A stretch of DNA of 64,000 nt from Candidatus Kaiserbacteria bacterium (GTDB lineage Bacteria > Patescibacteriota > Minisyncoccia > Phycocordibacterales > UBA2100): positions 1,183 to 65,182 of the forward strand of contig JACROD010000017.1 in assembly GCA_016214605.1 (NCBI GenBank), written 5' to 3'. Of the stretch, positions 29,151 through 38,427 are shown one piece after another (position 1 is the first letter of the stretch; each line of letters opens with the position of its first letter). The position numbers and the translations under genes were made by a program. The notes beneath the pieces are model-generated. The model was not told where the DNA came from and made no database searches. It worked only from the letters and a program-made list of their open reading frames with translations.

Positions 29151-29483
29151 GTATATGACCGCGCCGATGGCGACGGTGGTATTGACCATGATCCAACCGA
29201 TGTAGGTGATTTTGATCACCGTGTTTTTATGCACGAAGCCATAGATGATAAAGGGAATGTCAAGTGTCGCGAATGCTGTCCAGGAGAACACTGACACGCT
29301 GCCAGCGCTGTGGAAGTAGTAAATCTCCCAGATTTGCGGGATGGTCATAATAGGTCCGATGATCCCTGCGGCGATTGCCGTTATGTCGAGGAATCTGATC
29401 CATGGATGCGGAGAAGGGTAGGGATCAAGCGCTTTGCTGGCGCGTTTACGCCGATTGATATGGTGCAGAACACCTCCTTTCAT
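29145..29483 (-). CDS. SemiSWEET / PQ-loop family small sugar transporter (3 TM)
   Basis: 112 aa. PQ motif in the first TM (GIIGPIMTIPQIWEIY) and three predicted TM helices, consistent with bacterial semiSWEETs. Confidence 0.5.
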   Translation of the reverse strand: MKGGVLHHINRRKRASKALDPYPSPHPWIRFLDITAIAAGIIGPIMTIPQIWEIYYFHSAGSVSVFSWTAFATLDIPFIIYGFVHKNTVIKITYIGWIMVNTTVAIGAVIYQ

Positions 29484-29599
29484 GAATGAATTGTATCATT
29501 ACCACACGAAGATTGACGGGTGTTGACGTATGGTAGACGTACTTGACAATGTATGGTACATTATCTGCAGTCTCAACGAGAAAGAGAAGGAGTATTGGT

Positions 29600-30508
29600 A
29601 TGTGTGTCCAGAATGCTGTCTTTAACGAGAAGACACAACTTGAATTTGTGATCTTTAGCCGCGCGTTTGGATGCAAAGATCGCGCAGCGTGGCAAGGGGT
29701 GACACAGGAGGCATTGGATCGGCGGACAGCGTGGATCATGGAGCGGGTTGTGTCTGAAGACATCAGCGAGCACATGAACAAAGTGTATGAAAGGACGGCG
29801 GAGCAATGCGCGGCAAATCAAGCGCATCAATTCGTTATCCCAGAACTTTTCGAGTTTGTTTCGCTGTTCAATGATGGAGAACTGGTACTCGACATGGGAT
29901 GCGGCAATGGGCGTGACGCGTTCTTCATGTGTTCGTCCGATCAAGCTTATCGCGCGAGCGTTATGCGGAGTACTGTCGATCCGTCAACGATGCCGACACA
30001 GGCACTGCGTGTCAAAGCGATTGACGCGTCCGCACACATGATCAAAATCGCCGAGAGAGTCGCGAAAAGGGTGGATGCGAGCGGGGCGGTCAGATTACGA
30101 TACCCGCCGATCTTCAAACAGGCGGATATGCACGATATGAGCGGGTGGGCGAGACTCCAGCAGGGCTGGTTCGCAGGCGTCTGGTCGTGTGCATCGTTTC
30201 TGACACATACGCCGCGGCAGTGGATTGAGCCGACACTTAGACAGATCGCATGTCTCTTGAAGAGAGGAGGCATCTTCGCAGTGAGCTACACGCAGCGACA
30301 AAGGGACGGTGGATACGACCATCTCAAAATCTCCTCTACCGGAGAGATCAATTACTTTTCACATCCGGATCCGAGCGAGATATGCAAGCTCGCGGCCAAG
30401 TGCGGCCTCTTGCCGATCAGGCCTCCACGGACGAGTGACTATGTCGGTGCAGGCGGCGACGTGGTGCAAGACCTCTTCGTTACGCAATTCTTCCGCAAGG
30501 AAATGTGA
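29600..30508 (+). CDS. Class I SAM-dependent methyltransferase
   Basis: Motif I VLDMGCGNGRDAFFM. RBS AAGGAG upstream of the ATG at 29600. The ORF-track start at 29543 has no RBS. Confidence 0.65.
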   Translation: MCVQNAVFNEKTQLEFVIFSRAFGCKDRAAWQGVTQEALDRRTAWIMERVVSEDISEHMNKVYERTAEQCAANQAHQFVIPELFEFVSLFNDGELVLDMGCGNGRDAFFMCSSDQAYRASVMRSTVDPSTMPTQALRVKAIDASAHMIKIAERVAKRVDASGAVRLRYPPIFKQADMHDMSGWARLQQGWFAGVWSCASFLTHTPRQWIEPTLRQIACLLKRGGIFAVSYTQRQRDGGYDHLKISSTGEINYFSHPDPSEICKLAAKCGLLPIRPPRTSDYVGAGGDVVQDLFVTQFFRKEM

Positions 30509-30751
30509 ATACGATAAGGCCGCGACCCATGTAGGGTCGCGGCCAATCTTTTTACTATTCGAATTCGGCCCCAAGGAACTACGGCACCGTGATGAGACCA
30601 ATTTTTCTTAGCGGTAGCCGCTTTAGAAAAATGGCCATGCCCTTGTGGTTCAGAATCCAGCAGGATTCTGCCTTTTTGTCCAAATTGACAATCAGACGAG
30701 AATCACTAGTATGCGAACAGGTCAGATCTTTGATTCCATCACAACAGAAAG

Positions 30752-31876
30752 GTGGCTCCCATGACTCCCCAAAAACGCCCGTTCAGTTCCGGTCCGACTG
30801 GCACGCCGGTGACGGAAAGTATCATCCAATCAATCCGCGATTTTAGGGGTACCGGCATCTCAGTTCTGGATTTTCCACACCGCGAGGAGCTCATTCTCGA
30901 CAGGATGAAGGCATTCGACAGTCTCATGCGGCGGATCGTCGGCATATCCGACGAGTACGCGATCATTCCGTTTTCGTGCGGTTGTAGCGATCATTTCAAT
31001 CTCTGGATTACCAACGTTTTGAGAGTCGGAGCACGGCCGCGCAAGATCGCCTATTTGCGCTCGGGTTTTTGGAGCGATAAGGCGCTCGCAGAGGCGCAGC
31101 GCCTCGAAAAGGTTGGCGAATGTGAAGTCTCCGTTATCGAGCATGCAGACCCACAGTTTCGTTCCTTGCCGGACATGTCCTATCTGCAAATGCGTCGGCC
31201 GCTCGATGCGGACTTTCTCTACGTGGTGGCGAATGAAACGACGCAAGGCGTACGGCTTCCATATGAGACGATCACATCAAACCTTCCGTTCCATGTCGTC
31301 GCGGACTTCAGTTCGTGTTTTCTGGAAGGGCCGCTCGACGTCAGTAAGTACGGGATTATTTTTCTCGGCGCCCAAAAGGGTCTTGGGCCGGCTGGTCTTT
31401 CCATCGTTATCATCCGTCGGGATCTCATCGGCCAGAAGGACAATCCGCACGTTCCACTGTCGAAATCGTACGCCGTTCAAGCGAAGGAAGGGGGGCTGTA
31501 CAATACTCCCAACTTTCTTGCTATCGAGAGCGTGTGTCTGATGCTCGAATGGATCGAAAAACATGGCGGACTCACTGCCATGGAAGCTCAGAGCAAGGAG
31601 CGTGCCGCATACGTGTATGGCGCGATCGGCGCTAGTAAGCGTTTCTATGCTCCTGTCGTGGAAGCGGCGCGCAGTAGGACAAATCCAGTCTTTTGTCCTT
31701 ATGAGCTGATCCACTTTGAGCAATTCCTCTCGTTTTGTAAGGAGCGGGGGATCGAGTTCGTCAAAGGACACCGAAGCGCAGGAAACTCGCTTCGCCTCGG
31801 TTTGTTCAACGGCAAACCCATGGAAAGCGTATATGCGTTTGGTAAGACGCTTGAAGAATTCGAGCGGACCGCGTGA
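30752..31876 (+). CDS. serC: Phosphoserine aminotransferase (class V aminotransferase)
   Basis: Matches SerC segments FSSGPTG ... VVADFSSCFLEGPLDVSKYGIIFLGAQKGLGPAGLSIVIIRRDLIG (E. coli has [47 protein letters not shown]). Confidence 0.8.
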   Translation: MAPMTPQKRPFSSGPTGTPVTESIIQSIRDFRGTGISVLDFPHREELILDRMKAFDSLMRRIVGISDEYAIIPFSCGCSDHFNLWITNVLRVGARPRKIAYLRSGFWSDKALAEAQRLEKVGECEVSVIEHADPQFRSLPDMSYLQMRRPLDADFLYVVANETTQGVRLPYETITSNLPFHVVADFSSCFLEGPLDVSKYGIIFLGAQKGLGPAGLSIVIIRRDLIGQKDNPHVPLSKSYAVQAKEGGLYNTPNFLAIESVCLMLEWIEKHGGLTAMEAQSKERAAYVYGAIGASKRFYAPVVEAARSRTNPVFCPYELIHFEQFLSFCKERGIEFVKGHRSAGNSLRLGLFNGKPMESVYAFGKTLEEFERTA

Positions 31877-31882
31877 CATCAG

Positions 31883-31934
31883 CCCCGCACCATCTTTCGC
31901 TCAAAAGCGAAAGATGGTGCGGGGCCCCTTTTTT
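31883..31934 (+). terminator. Rho-independent terminator after serC
   Basis: An 18-bp perfect stem (ccccgcaccatctttcgc-tcaaaa-gcgaaagatggtgcgggg) followed by ccccttttttcc. Confidence 0.75.
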
Positions 31935-31996
31935 CCTGCAAAATAGCAACACACTATTCGTTTGCTTGTTCGGCGTCGCTTTATATAATTCCTCCT

Positions 31997-32710
31997 ATGA
32001 TAGAGGCTCGGGATCTGACCAAAATATACGGCGCACATACGGTGGTCGACGGCATTTCGCTTGCCATCAAAAAAGGCACCATCTTTGGATTCTTGGGTCC
32101 CAACGGAGCCGGCAAGACGACGACCATCAAGATGCTGGTCGGCCTCAACAAGCCGACCAAAGGTACCGTGCGTATCGACGGCAAGGATCCGGCGGAGCAT
32201 CGCATGCGCGAAAACATCGGTTTTATGCCCGAGTCCCCGGTCTTTTATGAGCACCTGACCGGCTACGAATTCCTCAAATTTTGCGGAGATCTCTTTCATG
32301 CGAAGGCCAAGTCGCAAGGTTACTATTTCGATATCCTGAAAAAAGTAGGCCTATCCGAGGCGCGCGACCAAATGATCAAATATTATTCAAAAGGAATGAA
32401 GCAGCGTATGGCGTTTGCGCAGGCGATCGTCAATGATCCCGATTATCTCTTTCTCGATGAACCGCTCGACGGCCTCGATCCGATTGGCAGGCGCGAACTC
32501 AAAAAAATAATCAAATCCCTCAACAAAGAAGGCAAGACGATATTCTTCAATTCACACATTCTCTTCGACACCGAAGAGCTCTGTCACGAGATCGGCATTC
32601 TCAATCGCGGGACTTTGATCTATAGCGGTCCGATCGAAGCATTTACCAAGGGTCGCTCACTCGAAGAGCAGTTCGTGACGAGTATCGAAAAAATATCAAA
32701 ACCACTATGA
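31997..32710 (+). CDS. ABC transporter ATP-binding protein
   Basis: Walker A GPNGAGKTT, Q-loop, signature YSKGMKQRMAFA, Walker B LFLDEPLDGLD. Confidence 0.85.
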   Translation: MIEARDLTKIYGAHTVVDGISLAIKKGTIFGFLGPNGAGKTTTIKMLVGLNKPTKGTVRIDGKDPAEHRMRENIGFMPESPVFYEHLTGYEFLKFCGDLFHAKAKSQGYYFDILKKVGLSEARDQMIKYYSKGMKQRMAFAQAIVNDPDYLFLDEPLDGLDPIGRRELKKIIKSLNKEGKTIFFNSHILFDTEELCHEIGILNRGTLIYSGPIEAFTKGRSLEEQFVTSIEKISKPL

Positions 32711-33483
32711 ACACCATCTTCCTGCAAAATGTACTCACGGTCGCCAAGAACACGTTCAAGGAAACGGTTCGCAACAAGATACTCTACGGAATCTTGGCCT
32801 TTGCCCTCGTGTATATGCTCTTCACACTTTTTCTCGGATCGATTTCGCTCGGCGAGGATCTGCATGTGATCCGTAGTCTCGGACTCGCCGGCATCTATCT
32901 ATTTAGCATCATCATCACGGTGTTTCTCGGAAGCTCACTGCTCTACAAAGAGATCGAGCGCAAGACACTCTACTTCGTACTATCAAAACCCGTGTCGCAT
33001 GCGCATCTCGTGCTCGGCAAATTTTTCGGATTGCTTGCGAGTGTCGCGGTCGCGGTCGCGGGCATGGCGCTCGTGTATCTTTCGGTGGTCGCTTTCAAAG
33101 GCGGCGGCTTTGATGTATTGGCGCTCCTCTCTATTTTTTACCAGATGCTTGAAATGGCCCTCCTGATCGCGCTCTCGATCTTCTTCTCTACATTTTCCAT
33201 GCCACTTATGTCGACGCTCTATGCGGTCTTGATCATTTATATCGGACACTCACTCGACCTACTGGTGAGCTCTGTCGCAAAAAGTAGTGTGGCTGCGAAG
33301 GCGATCGTGAAGGTGATCTATTATCTGCTGCCCAACCTGTCAAAATTCGACATCAGGGATCTGGTGGCCTACGGCACGCATATTCCATTTACCCAGACGT
33401 TGCTCGTGATCGCCTATGCACTGGTCTATATCGTTGTCCTCCTGTACATGGCATCCTACCTCTTTGAAAAGCGTGAACTATGA
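32707..33483 (+). CDS. ABC-2 type transporter permease (6 TM)
   Basis: Polytopic membrane protein whose start is coupled to the ATPase stop, as is typical of ABC-2 exporter permeases. Confidence 0.6.
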   Translation: MNTIFLQNVLTVAKNTFKETVRNKILYGILAFALVYMLFTLFLGSISLGEDLHVIRSLGLAGIYLFSIIITVFLGSSLLYKEIERKTLYFVLSKPVSHAHLVLGKFFGLLASVAVAVAGMALVYLSVVAFKGGGFDVLALLSIFYQMLEMALLIALSIFFSTFSMPLMSTLYAVLIIYIGHSLDLLVSSVAKSSVAAKAIVKVIYYLLPNLSKFDIRDLVAYGTHIPFTQTLLVIAYALVYIVVLLYMASYLFEKREL

Positions 33484-34268
33484 CACGGATCAGTATCGTC
33501 GTCGCGCTCCTCTTCGGAGTCGTTTTCGCCCAGTTCCTGTATGATTCAAAAAAACAGCCGGAAGGTTTCGCGCCGATTGTCGTGTTTCCTGTCCCGGTAC
33601 TTCGTTCCGCAGATCTCGGACTCCACTCCGCTTTCGGCTCTTTGATCTGGCTCAACGCCGTCCAAGAGGTCGGGACGGTCGACGGATCGTATGAGGGATT
33701 GGTCGAGGATATCAAGGCCATCAATGCGCTCGATCCCTTATTCGCATACCCGTATGCCTTTGCTGAGCTCGTCTTGCCGGCACTCGATAGATCAAAGGTT
33801 TATGATGCGGTCTCGATCGGCAAGCAAGGTGTCGCTTCTGTTTCGGATTGGCGCATCCCTTTTTATCTTGCGAGCACCTACATGATCTATCTGGATGATC
33901 GGGAAAGTGCCTTGGAGTATTTTCAGATAGCGGCGCGTACGCCTGGGATCCCAACTCCGATACAGGGCACTGCCTTAAACTTCGGCACCCAAAAAGACAA
34001 ACGAGCACAAACCAAGGAGATATGGAATGCACTCTATCAAAGTACCGATGACGAGATTCTCAGGGATCGTGCGCAAGCGAATCTCGTACATATCGACATT
34101 CTCGAAGCTCTTGAGAAGGCGATCGCCGTCTATAAGCAAAGGAAGGGGGTGTTCCCAGCGAGCGTTGACGATCTCGTGACCGCAGGAATCTTGAAGGCGA
34201 TTCCGCAGGATCCGCTCGGATTCATGTTTACGATTGACGAGAAAGGCGCGATCGCCTCGCACCTTTAG
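33480..34268 (+). CDS. Membrane-anchored hypothetical protein (N-terminal TM, helical repeat-like soluble domain)
   Basis: 262 aa. The N-terminal hydrophobic anchor is ISIVVALLFGVVFAQF. Its start is coupled to the upstream permease stop. No motif is recognised. Confidence 0.45.
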   Translation: MTRISIVVALLFGVVFAQFLYDSKKQPEGFAPIVVFPVPVLRSADLGLHSAFGSLIWLNAVQEVGTVDGSYEGLVEDIKAINALDPLFAYPYAFAELVLPALDRSKVYDAVSIGKQGVASVSDWRIPFYLASTYMIYLDDRESALEYFQIAARTPGIPTPIQGTALNFGTQKDKRAQTKEIWNALYQSTDDEILRDRAQANLVHIDILEALEKAIAVYKQRKGVFPASVDDLVTAGILKAIPQDPLGFMFTIDEKGAIASHL

Positions 34269-34497
34269 GCTTAGGACATATAAAAAGAGATGGCGATCTC
34301 ACTCAATAGCAACAGTAGAAATATCACCGCTGCATATGCGAGCATGGTCCAAGAAAATGTCAGGATCGTATGCCCGATCGCAAAAATAAGAAAAATGGTC
34401 GCAAGGACCAAAAGTCCGGAATTGATGGTGAGGATCATGGGGACCATTACCCACAGTGTACCAAAAAAGCTGAATATGGTATATTCTTATCTCACAT

Positions 34498-34570
34498 GCC
34501 GGCGTAGCTCAGTGGTAGTAGCATCGCACTCATAAAGCGAAGGTCACAGGTTCGATCCCTGTCGCCGGCA
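34498..34570 (+). tRNA. tRNA-Met (CAT), elongator type, or tRNA-Ile2 if lysidinylated
   Basis: GCCGGCGTAGCTCAGTGGTAGTAGCATCGCACTCATAAAGCGAAGGTCACAGGTTCGATCCCTGTCGCCGGCA. A 7-bp acceptor stem, T-arm GGTTCGATCC and anticodon loop CTCATAA. No CCA. Confidence 0.75.
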
Positions 34571-34657
34571 CTAGCAGTCGCTCGCGGCCAATGGTCGCAC
34601 GAAGGTTCTTGAGGCCCACATAAATGGTTATAGTAATGTACTGTCATGGTATAATTT

Positions 34658-35344
34658 ATGCGCATGACAAAGAAGACCCTCGACCAAGACTTCTTCAAGA
34701 ATTGGGCCCCGACCATGGCCTATGTGCTTGGATTTTTTGCCGCCGACGGCACGATGATCAAAAATAAGCGAGAGGGACATTTCATAGAGTTTCACATTAC
34801 TGATCGTAAGCTACTCTTTGATATACGACGCGCCGTAAGTTCTAATCACAAGATTGCCATACGTGTACGAAATCCAAAATGGAAACTAGGATATCGGTTG
34901 CAGATAGGATCCAAGAGATGGTTTTCCGACCTCCAGAGATTGGGTTTTTCTTCTCGTAAGAGTAATGTAATGCTCTTCCCAAATGTGCCGGATGAATTTC
35001 TCGGTTCGTTTATACGGGGTTATTTTGACGGAGATGGATGCGTATATTTCAAAAATCTGAAGTTTGCCGACCGTAAGAAGGCTCGATGGATATTAATGTC
35101 TGTTTTTACGTCAGGCAGTCGACAATTTCTCATGCAACTTCACACTGCACTGAAAAGACATGGTGTGCAGGGAGGGTCTATTCGAAATAAAAAGAGCGGG
35201 TATGACCTCTCCCTGAGCCACAAAGATAGCCTTGCATTATATCGTCTTATGTATGATACTGTGTCCGATACAAGCATTATGTTGCCCAGGAAATATCGTT
35301 TATTTACTAAGGCGATTAATACATTGTATCCTTTGCGGCCGTAG
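34658..35344 (+). mobile_element. Free-standing LAGLIDADG homing endonuclease (double-motif)
   Basis: 228 aa with two LAGLIDADG motifs (LGFFAADGT and IRGYFDGDGCV). Local GC is lower than in the flanks. The stop codon TAG lies inside the acceptor stem of the downstream tRNA-Asp. Confidence 0.8.
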
Positions 35345-35409
35345 CTCAACTGGTTAGTAGCACCCGCCTGTCACGCGGGAGGTTGCCGGTTCAAGTCCGG
35401 TCGGCCGCG
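35335..35409 (+). tRNA. tRNA-Asp (GTC)
   Basis: GCGGCCGTAGCTCAACTGGTTAGTAGCACCCGCCTGTCACGCGGGAGGTTGCCGGTTCAAGTCCGGTCGGCCGCG. Anticodon loop CTGTCAC, discriminator G. Confidence 0.8.
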
Positions 35410-35414
35410 CATAG

Positions 35415-35446
35415 AAAAAGCCCGCCGTAAAAGGCGGTGCTTTTTC
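35415..35446 (+). terminator. Putative rho-independent terminator after tRNA-Asp
   Basis: aaaaagcccgccgtaaaaggcggtgcttttt. The stem is imperfect. Confidence 0.5.
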
Positions 35447-35628
35447 ATGTGTGTCCGGAGTGACAGCGCCTTCGCACCCGTGACCCCGCAGCGATCCGAG
35501 TCTGGTCATATTCCGTTTGAAGTTCGAAGGTATAAAGGGAATGACTGATAATTTCGTCAAGAAAATATTCAAAAAACAAAGAACGAACACTACGAAGTGT
35601 CCGTTCCAGGTTTTCTTTGGATGAGGTA

Positions 35629-35835
35629 TCATTTGGGCTCGTCCCCATCTTTGTTCGTAAACTTGGGATCGCAGCCGTATCCCGCCCCTTGCCAGAGCAG
35701 GATACGGTGCTTCTCGCAGCAGTAATACTTTTTCAGGCCGCGGATGATGTCCGGCGGATCATACGTCACTTGCGAGCAGACATTGCAAAAGCCGGACGGT
35801 TGCGGTTCGCCTCCGGATTTTTCCGATTTGAACAT
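35629..35835 (-). CDS. Small Cys-rich (zinc-ribbon-like) hypothetical protein
   Basis: 68 aa with a CNVC ... YYCCEKH Cys pattern. RBS GAGGAGAG upstream of the ATG. Confidence 0.4.
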   Translation of the reverse strand: MFKSEKSGGEPQPSGFCNVCSQVTYDPPDIIRGLKKYYCCEKHRILLWQGAGYGCDPKFTNKDGDEPK

Positions 35836-35926
35836 GTGCTCTCTCCTCGAATGAAGATTCTATGACTAAGTATCACCTGCCGTACCAATAGTGCAAGTCT
35901 GTAGTAGCGCATGATATGCTATCTCC

Positions 35927-36214
35927 ATGGAAGGACCGACTCAAAAAATATTTCGAGCGATCGTAAAGGGGCGCGTGCAAGGCGTGCTTTACAGAGATTT
36001 TGCCCAGCGCAAGGCGCGGGCACTGGGTCTCACTGGCACGGTCCAAAATCTGCGTGACGGCTCGATAGAAATATTTGCTCAAGGCGACGAGAAGAAGCTC
36101 AAGGAATTCCTCGAGAAGCTCAAACGCGGGTCCCTTTTTTCAAAAGTCGAGAGCATAGAGGTCGCTTGGCAGGAGACCGATAGGGAACGGGATGATTTTG
36201 TGATCTTGTATTGA
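35927..36214 (+). CDS. acyP: Acylphosphatase
   Basis: 95 aa. VKGRVQGVLYRDF ... GLTGTVQNLRDGSIEIFAQG matches the acylphosphatase signatures. Confidence 0.75.
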   Translation: MEGPTQKIFRAIVKGRVQGVLYRDFAQRKARALGLTGTVQNLRDGSIEIFAQGDEKKLKEFLEKLKRGSLFSKVESIEVAWQETDRERDDFVILY

Positions 36215-36285
36215 CCCGTGAGTGTATAGTTGGTACTATCTTTGCATACGGCTGAGCCGCACTTTATTCGGATAGACAAATACAT

Positions 36286-36636
36286 ATGGAACGAGATCAG
36301 CAATTTTTGGAATTCGTGGTCAAATCTTTAGTAGACAATCCAGATGACGTCAAGATTGATCGCATAGTCGATGAGATGGGGGTTCTCCTCAAGCTCTCCG
36401 TACATCGCGACGATATGGGCAAGATCATTGGCCGTTCGGGTGCGACCGCCAAGGCGATCCGCACGATCCTGCGCGTGGTCGGCATGAAGAACGACGCTCG
36501 CGTCAACCTCAAGATCGAAGAGCCGGAGGGCAGCACCCGCAGCGACAACGGCGCTTCCAACGACGAGCCTACGGGTCCGATCGACCGCTCAGTCGATGAT
36601 CTCATCGACGAGCTTAAGGGCGGAACTGCGGCATAA
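36286..36636 (+). CDS. KH-domain RNA-binding protein (YlqC/UPF0109 family)
   Basis: LVDNPDDVKIDRIVDEMGVLLKLSVHRDDMGKIIGRSGATAKAIRTILR, which is a KH fold with the GxxG loop. It lies directly upstream of trmD, as in rpsP-KH-rimM-trmD clusters. Confidence 0.7.
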   Translation: MERDQQFLEFVVKSLVDNPDDVKIDRIVDEMGVLLKLSVHRDDMGKIIGRSGATAKAIRTILRVVGMKNDARVNLKIEEPEGSTRSDNGASNDEPTGPIDRSVDDLIDELKGGTAA

Positions 36637-36641
36637 TCGCA

Positions 36642-37295
36642 ATGGTGCACTTCCACATCGTCACACTCTTTCCTGAATCGATCGAGCCGTATTTAAAGGC
36701 CTCGATCATCGGCAAGGCCCAAGAGAAAGGGAAGATAAAAGTCTCTTTTTACGATCCGAAGGATTTTCCTTCGAGGAAGTTTGATCGCGTCGATCGCCGG
36801 CCATACGGTGGCGGACCTGGTATGGTCCTCGAGCCCGAGGCTGTGCTTCGCGCGGCGATGAAGGCAATAGGAAAAAAGAAATCCGTCGAGGTGATCTTTT
36901 TCTCCACCGGCGGAGCGCAATTCGACGAACCAATGGCCCAGAAGCTTGCCAAGAAAAAAGACATCGTATTCATCTGCGGTCACTACGAAGGTGTCGACGC
37001 GCGGGTTGGTGAGATACTCAAGGCACGGCTCGTGACCATGGGTCCGTACGTGCTCACCGGCGGTGAGCTTCCTGCTGCGACCATGATAGACGCGATCAGT
37101 CGCCACGTAAAAGGTGTGCTCGGCAAAGAAGAATCGCTTGAATCTTCGCGTGTATCGAGTCCGGATGTCTACACTCGCCCCGAAGTATTTGTATGGAAAA
37201 AGAAAAAGTATCCCGTACCAGAGGTGCTGCTCTCAGGTCATCACGCGAAGATCGATGCCTGGAAAAAAGAACGTCGCAATGCAAAACATGAATAA
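36642..37295 (+). CDS. trmD: tRNA (guanine37-N1)-methyltransferase
   Basis: MVHFHIVTLFPE ... RPYGGGPGMVL ... FICGHYEGVDARV are TrmD SPOUT motifs. Confidence 0.85.
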   Translation: MVHFHIVTLFPESIEPYLKASIIGKAQEKGKIKVSFYDPKDFPSRKFDRVDRRPYGGGPGMVLEPEAVLRAAMKAIGKKKSVEVIFFSTGGAQFDEPMAQKLAKKKDIVFICGHYEGVDARVGEILKARLVTMGPYVLTGGELPAATMIDAISRHVKGVLGKEESLESSRVSSPDVYTRPEVFVWKKKKYPVPEVLLSGHHAKIDAWKKERRNAKHE

Positions 37296-37956
37296 AGAAA
37301 AGCAGAGCGAGCGTCGCGCGCGGGCGCGAAAGATCGTCGCTTATTTGAAAAAGGCATACCCTGCGCCCAAGACCGAGCTCATTTACAAGACGCCGTTTCA
37401 GCTCGTGGTCGCAGTGATGCTCTCCGCGCAGTGCACTGACAAGGTCGTGAATCGCGTGACAGCGGAGCTTTTTAAGAAATACAAAACACCTAAAGATTTT
37501 GCCACCGCGAAGCCGCTGGTCTTTCAAAAAGAGATTGGCTCCATTCCTTTTTTCCGCAACAAGACCAAGGCGATCATTGCGGCCGCCAAAATTGTCCAAG
37601 ACAATTTTGGCGGCCGCGTGCCGCGCACGGAATCGGAATTGATCACGCTCCCTGGTGTCGCCTACAAGACCGCGCATGTGGTACTCGGCGAGCTCTATGA
37701 TATATGGGAGGGGATTCCGACCGATACGCACGTGAAGCGTTTTGCATATCGCTTCGATCTCTCCGACAATACTGATCTCAAGAAGATCTCCAAAGATCTC
37801 GAAGCGCTGACACCGAAGAAAGATTGGAAATATGTGAATAATGGTCTTGTGCTCTATGGGCGCTATGTATGCCCGGCACGCAAGCATGACTGTGCGGTAC
37901 ATCCGCTTACAAAAATTTGGAGGCCAGCGAATGATCGCTGGCCTCTGGCGCGTTAG
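37281..37956 (+). CDS. nth: Endonuclease III family DNA glycosylase (HhH-GPD)
   Basis: HhH motif LITLPGVAYKTAHVVL and a conserved Asp. The C-terminus has only two Cys (CPARKHDC), so the FeS loop is atypical. The ATG at 37281 overlaps the trmD end. Confidence 0.7.
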
Positions 37957-37979
37957 CCGTTGACGACGGCTTTCCCAAT

Positions 37980-38339
37980 CTACTCTTTCGGAAGGAGTGT
38001 TCCCCAAAGCGTTCCCTTTTTCCTGATCCGCGCGAAGAGCACATTGGGATCGAATTCCTTGCGTTCGTTTGCAGAAAGGCCGCTGGTAAGTCGCTCCCAG
38101 GCTGCCACGACGCAGATTCGTCCGAGCGTTTTGGGGTCGAATGAACTTCCCTTTGCGGACGTTTCCACTCGAGTGATGAAAGTAAGCTTGTCGCTTTCCG
38201 GCACTGGCAAGGCCGCAAGCCACTCCTTCTGGACTTTATCGCCGAGCTTTTCTTCAAACCTTTCAAGCCCGGCTTCGGTGACTTCCTGTCCGTTTGGCAG
38301 TTTGACTTTGCGTTGGACTTTTTTGTTGCTCATACGCAT
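37980..38339 (-). CDS. Hypothetical protein (120 aa)
   Basis: RBS AAGGAG 1 nt before ATGCGTATG. No recognisable domain. The longer ORF-track start is unlikely. Confidence 0.4.
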   Translation of the reverse strand: MRMSNKKVQRKVKLPNGQEVTEAGLERFEEKLGDKVQKEWLAALPVPESDKLTFITRVETSAKGSSFDPKTLGRICVVAAWERLTSGLSANERKEFDPNVLFARIRKKGTLWGTLLPKE

Positions 38340-38427
38340 TCTCCTTATCACGAACAATATACTGGTGGGTACTATACCGATTTTCTGAGGTTTAGCAAGA
38401 GGTGCATGACTCGTGTAGGATAGCGGC

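Noticed and set aside
34290-34535. 81-aa ORF overlapping tRNA-Met
   Set aside because: Its 3' end runs into the tRNA gene and no translation signals are present. It is rejected in favour of the tRNA.
34498-35409. Possibility that the LAGLIDADG ORF sits inside a group I intron interrupting one of the flanking tRNAs
   Set aside because: Both tRNA-Met and tRNA-Asp fold as contiguous cloverleaves with intact anticodon loops and acceptor stems. No split exon halves were found. An intron core cannot be excluded without a covariance search, but the sequence as read does not require one.
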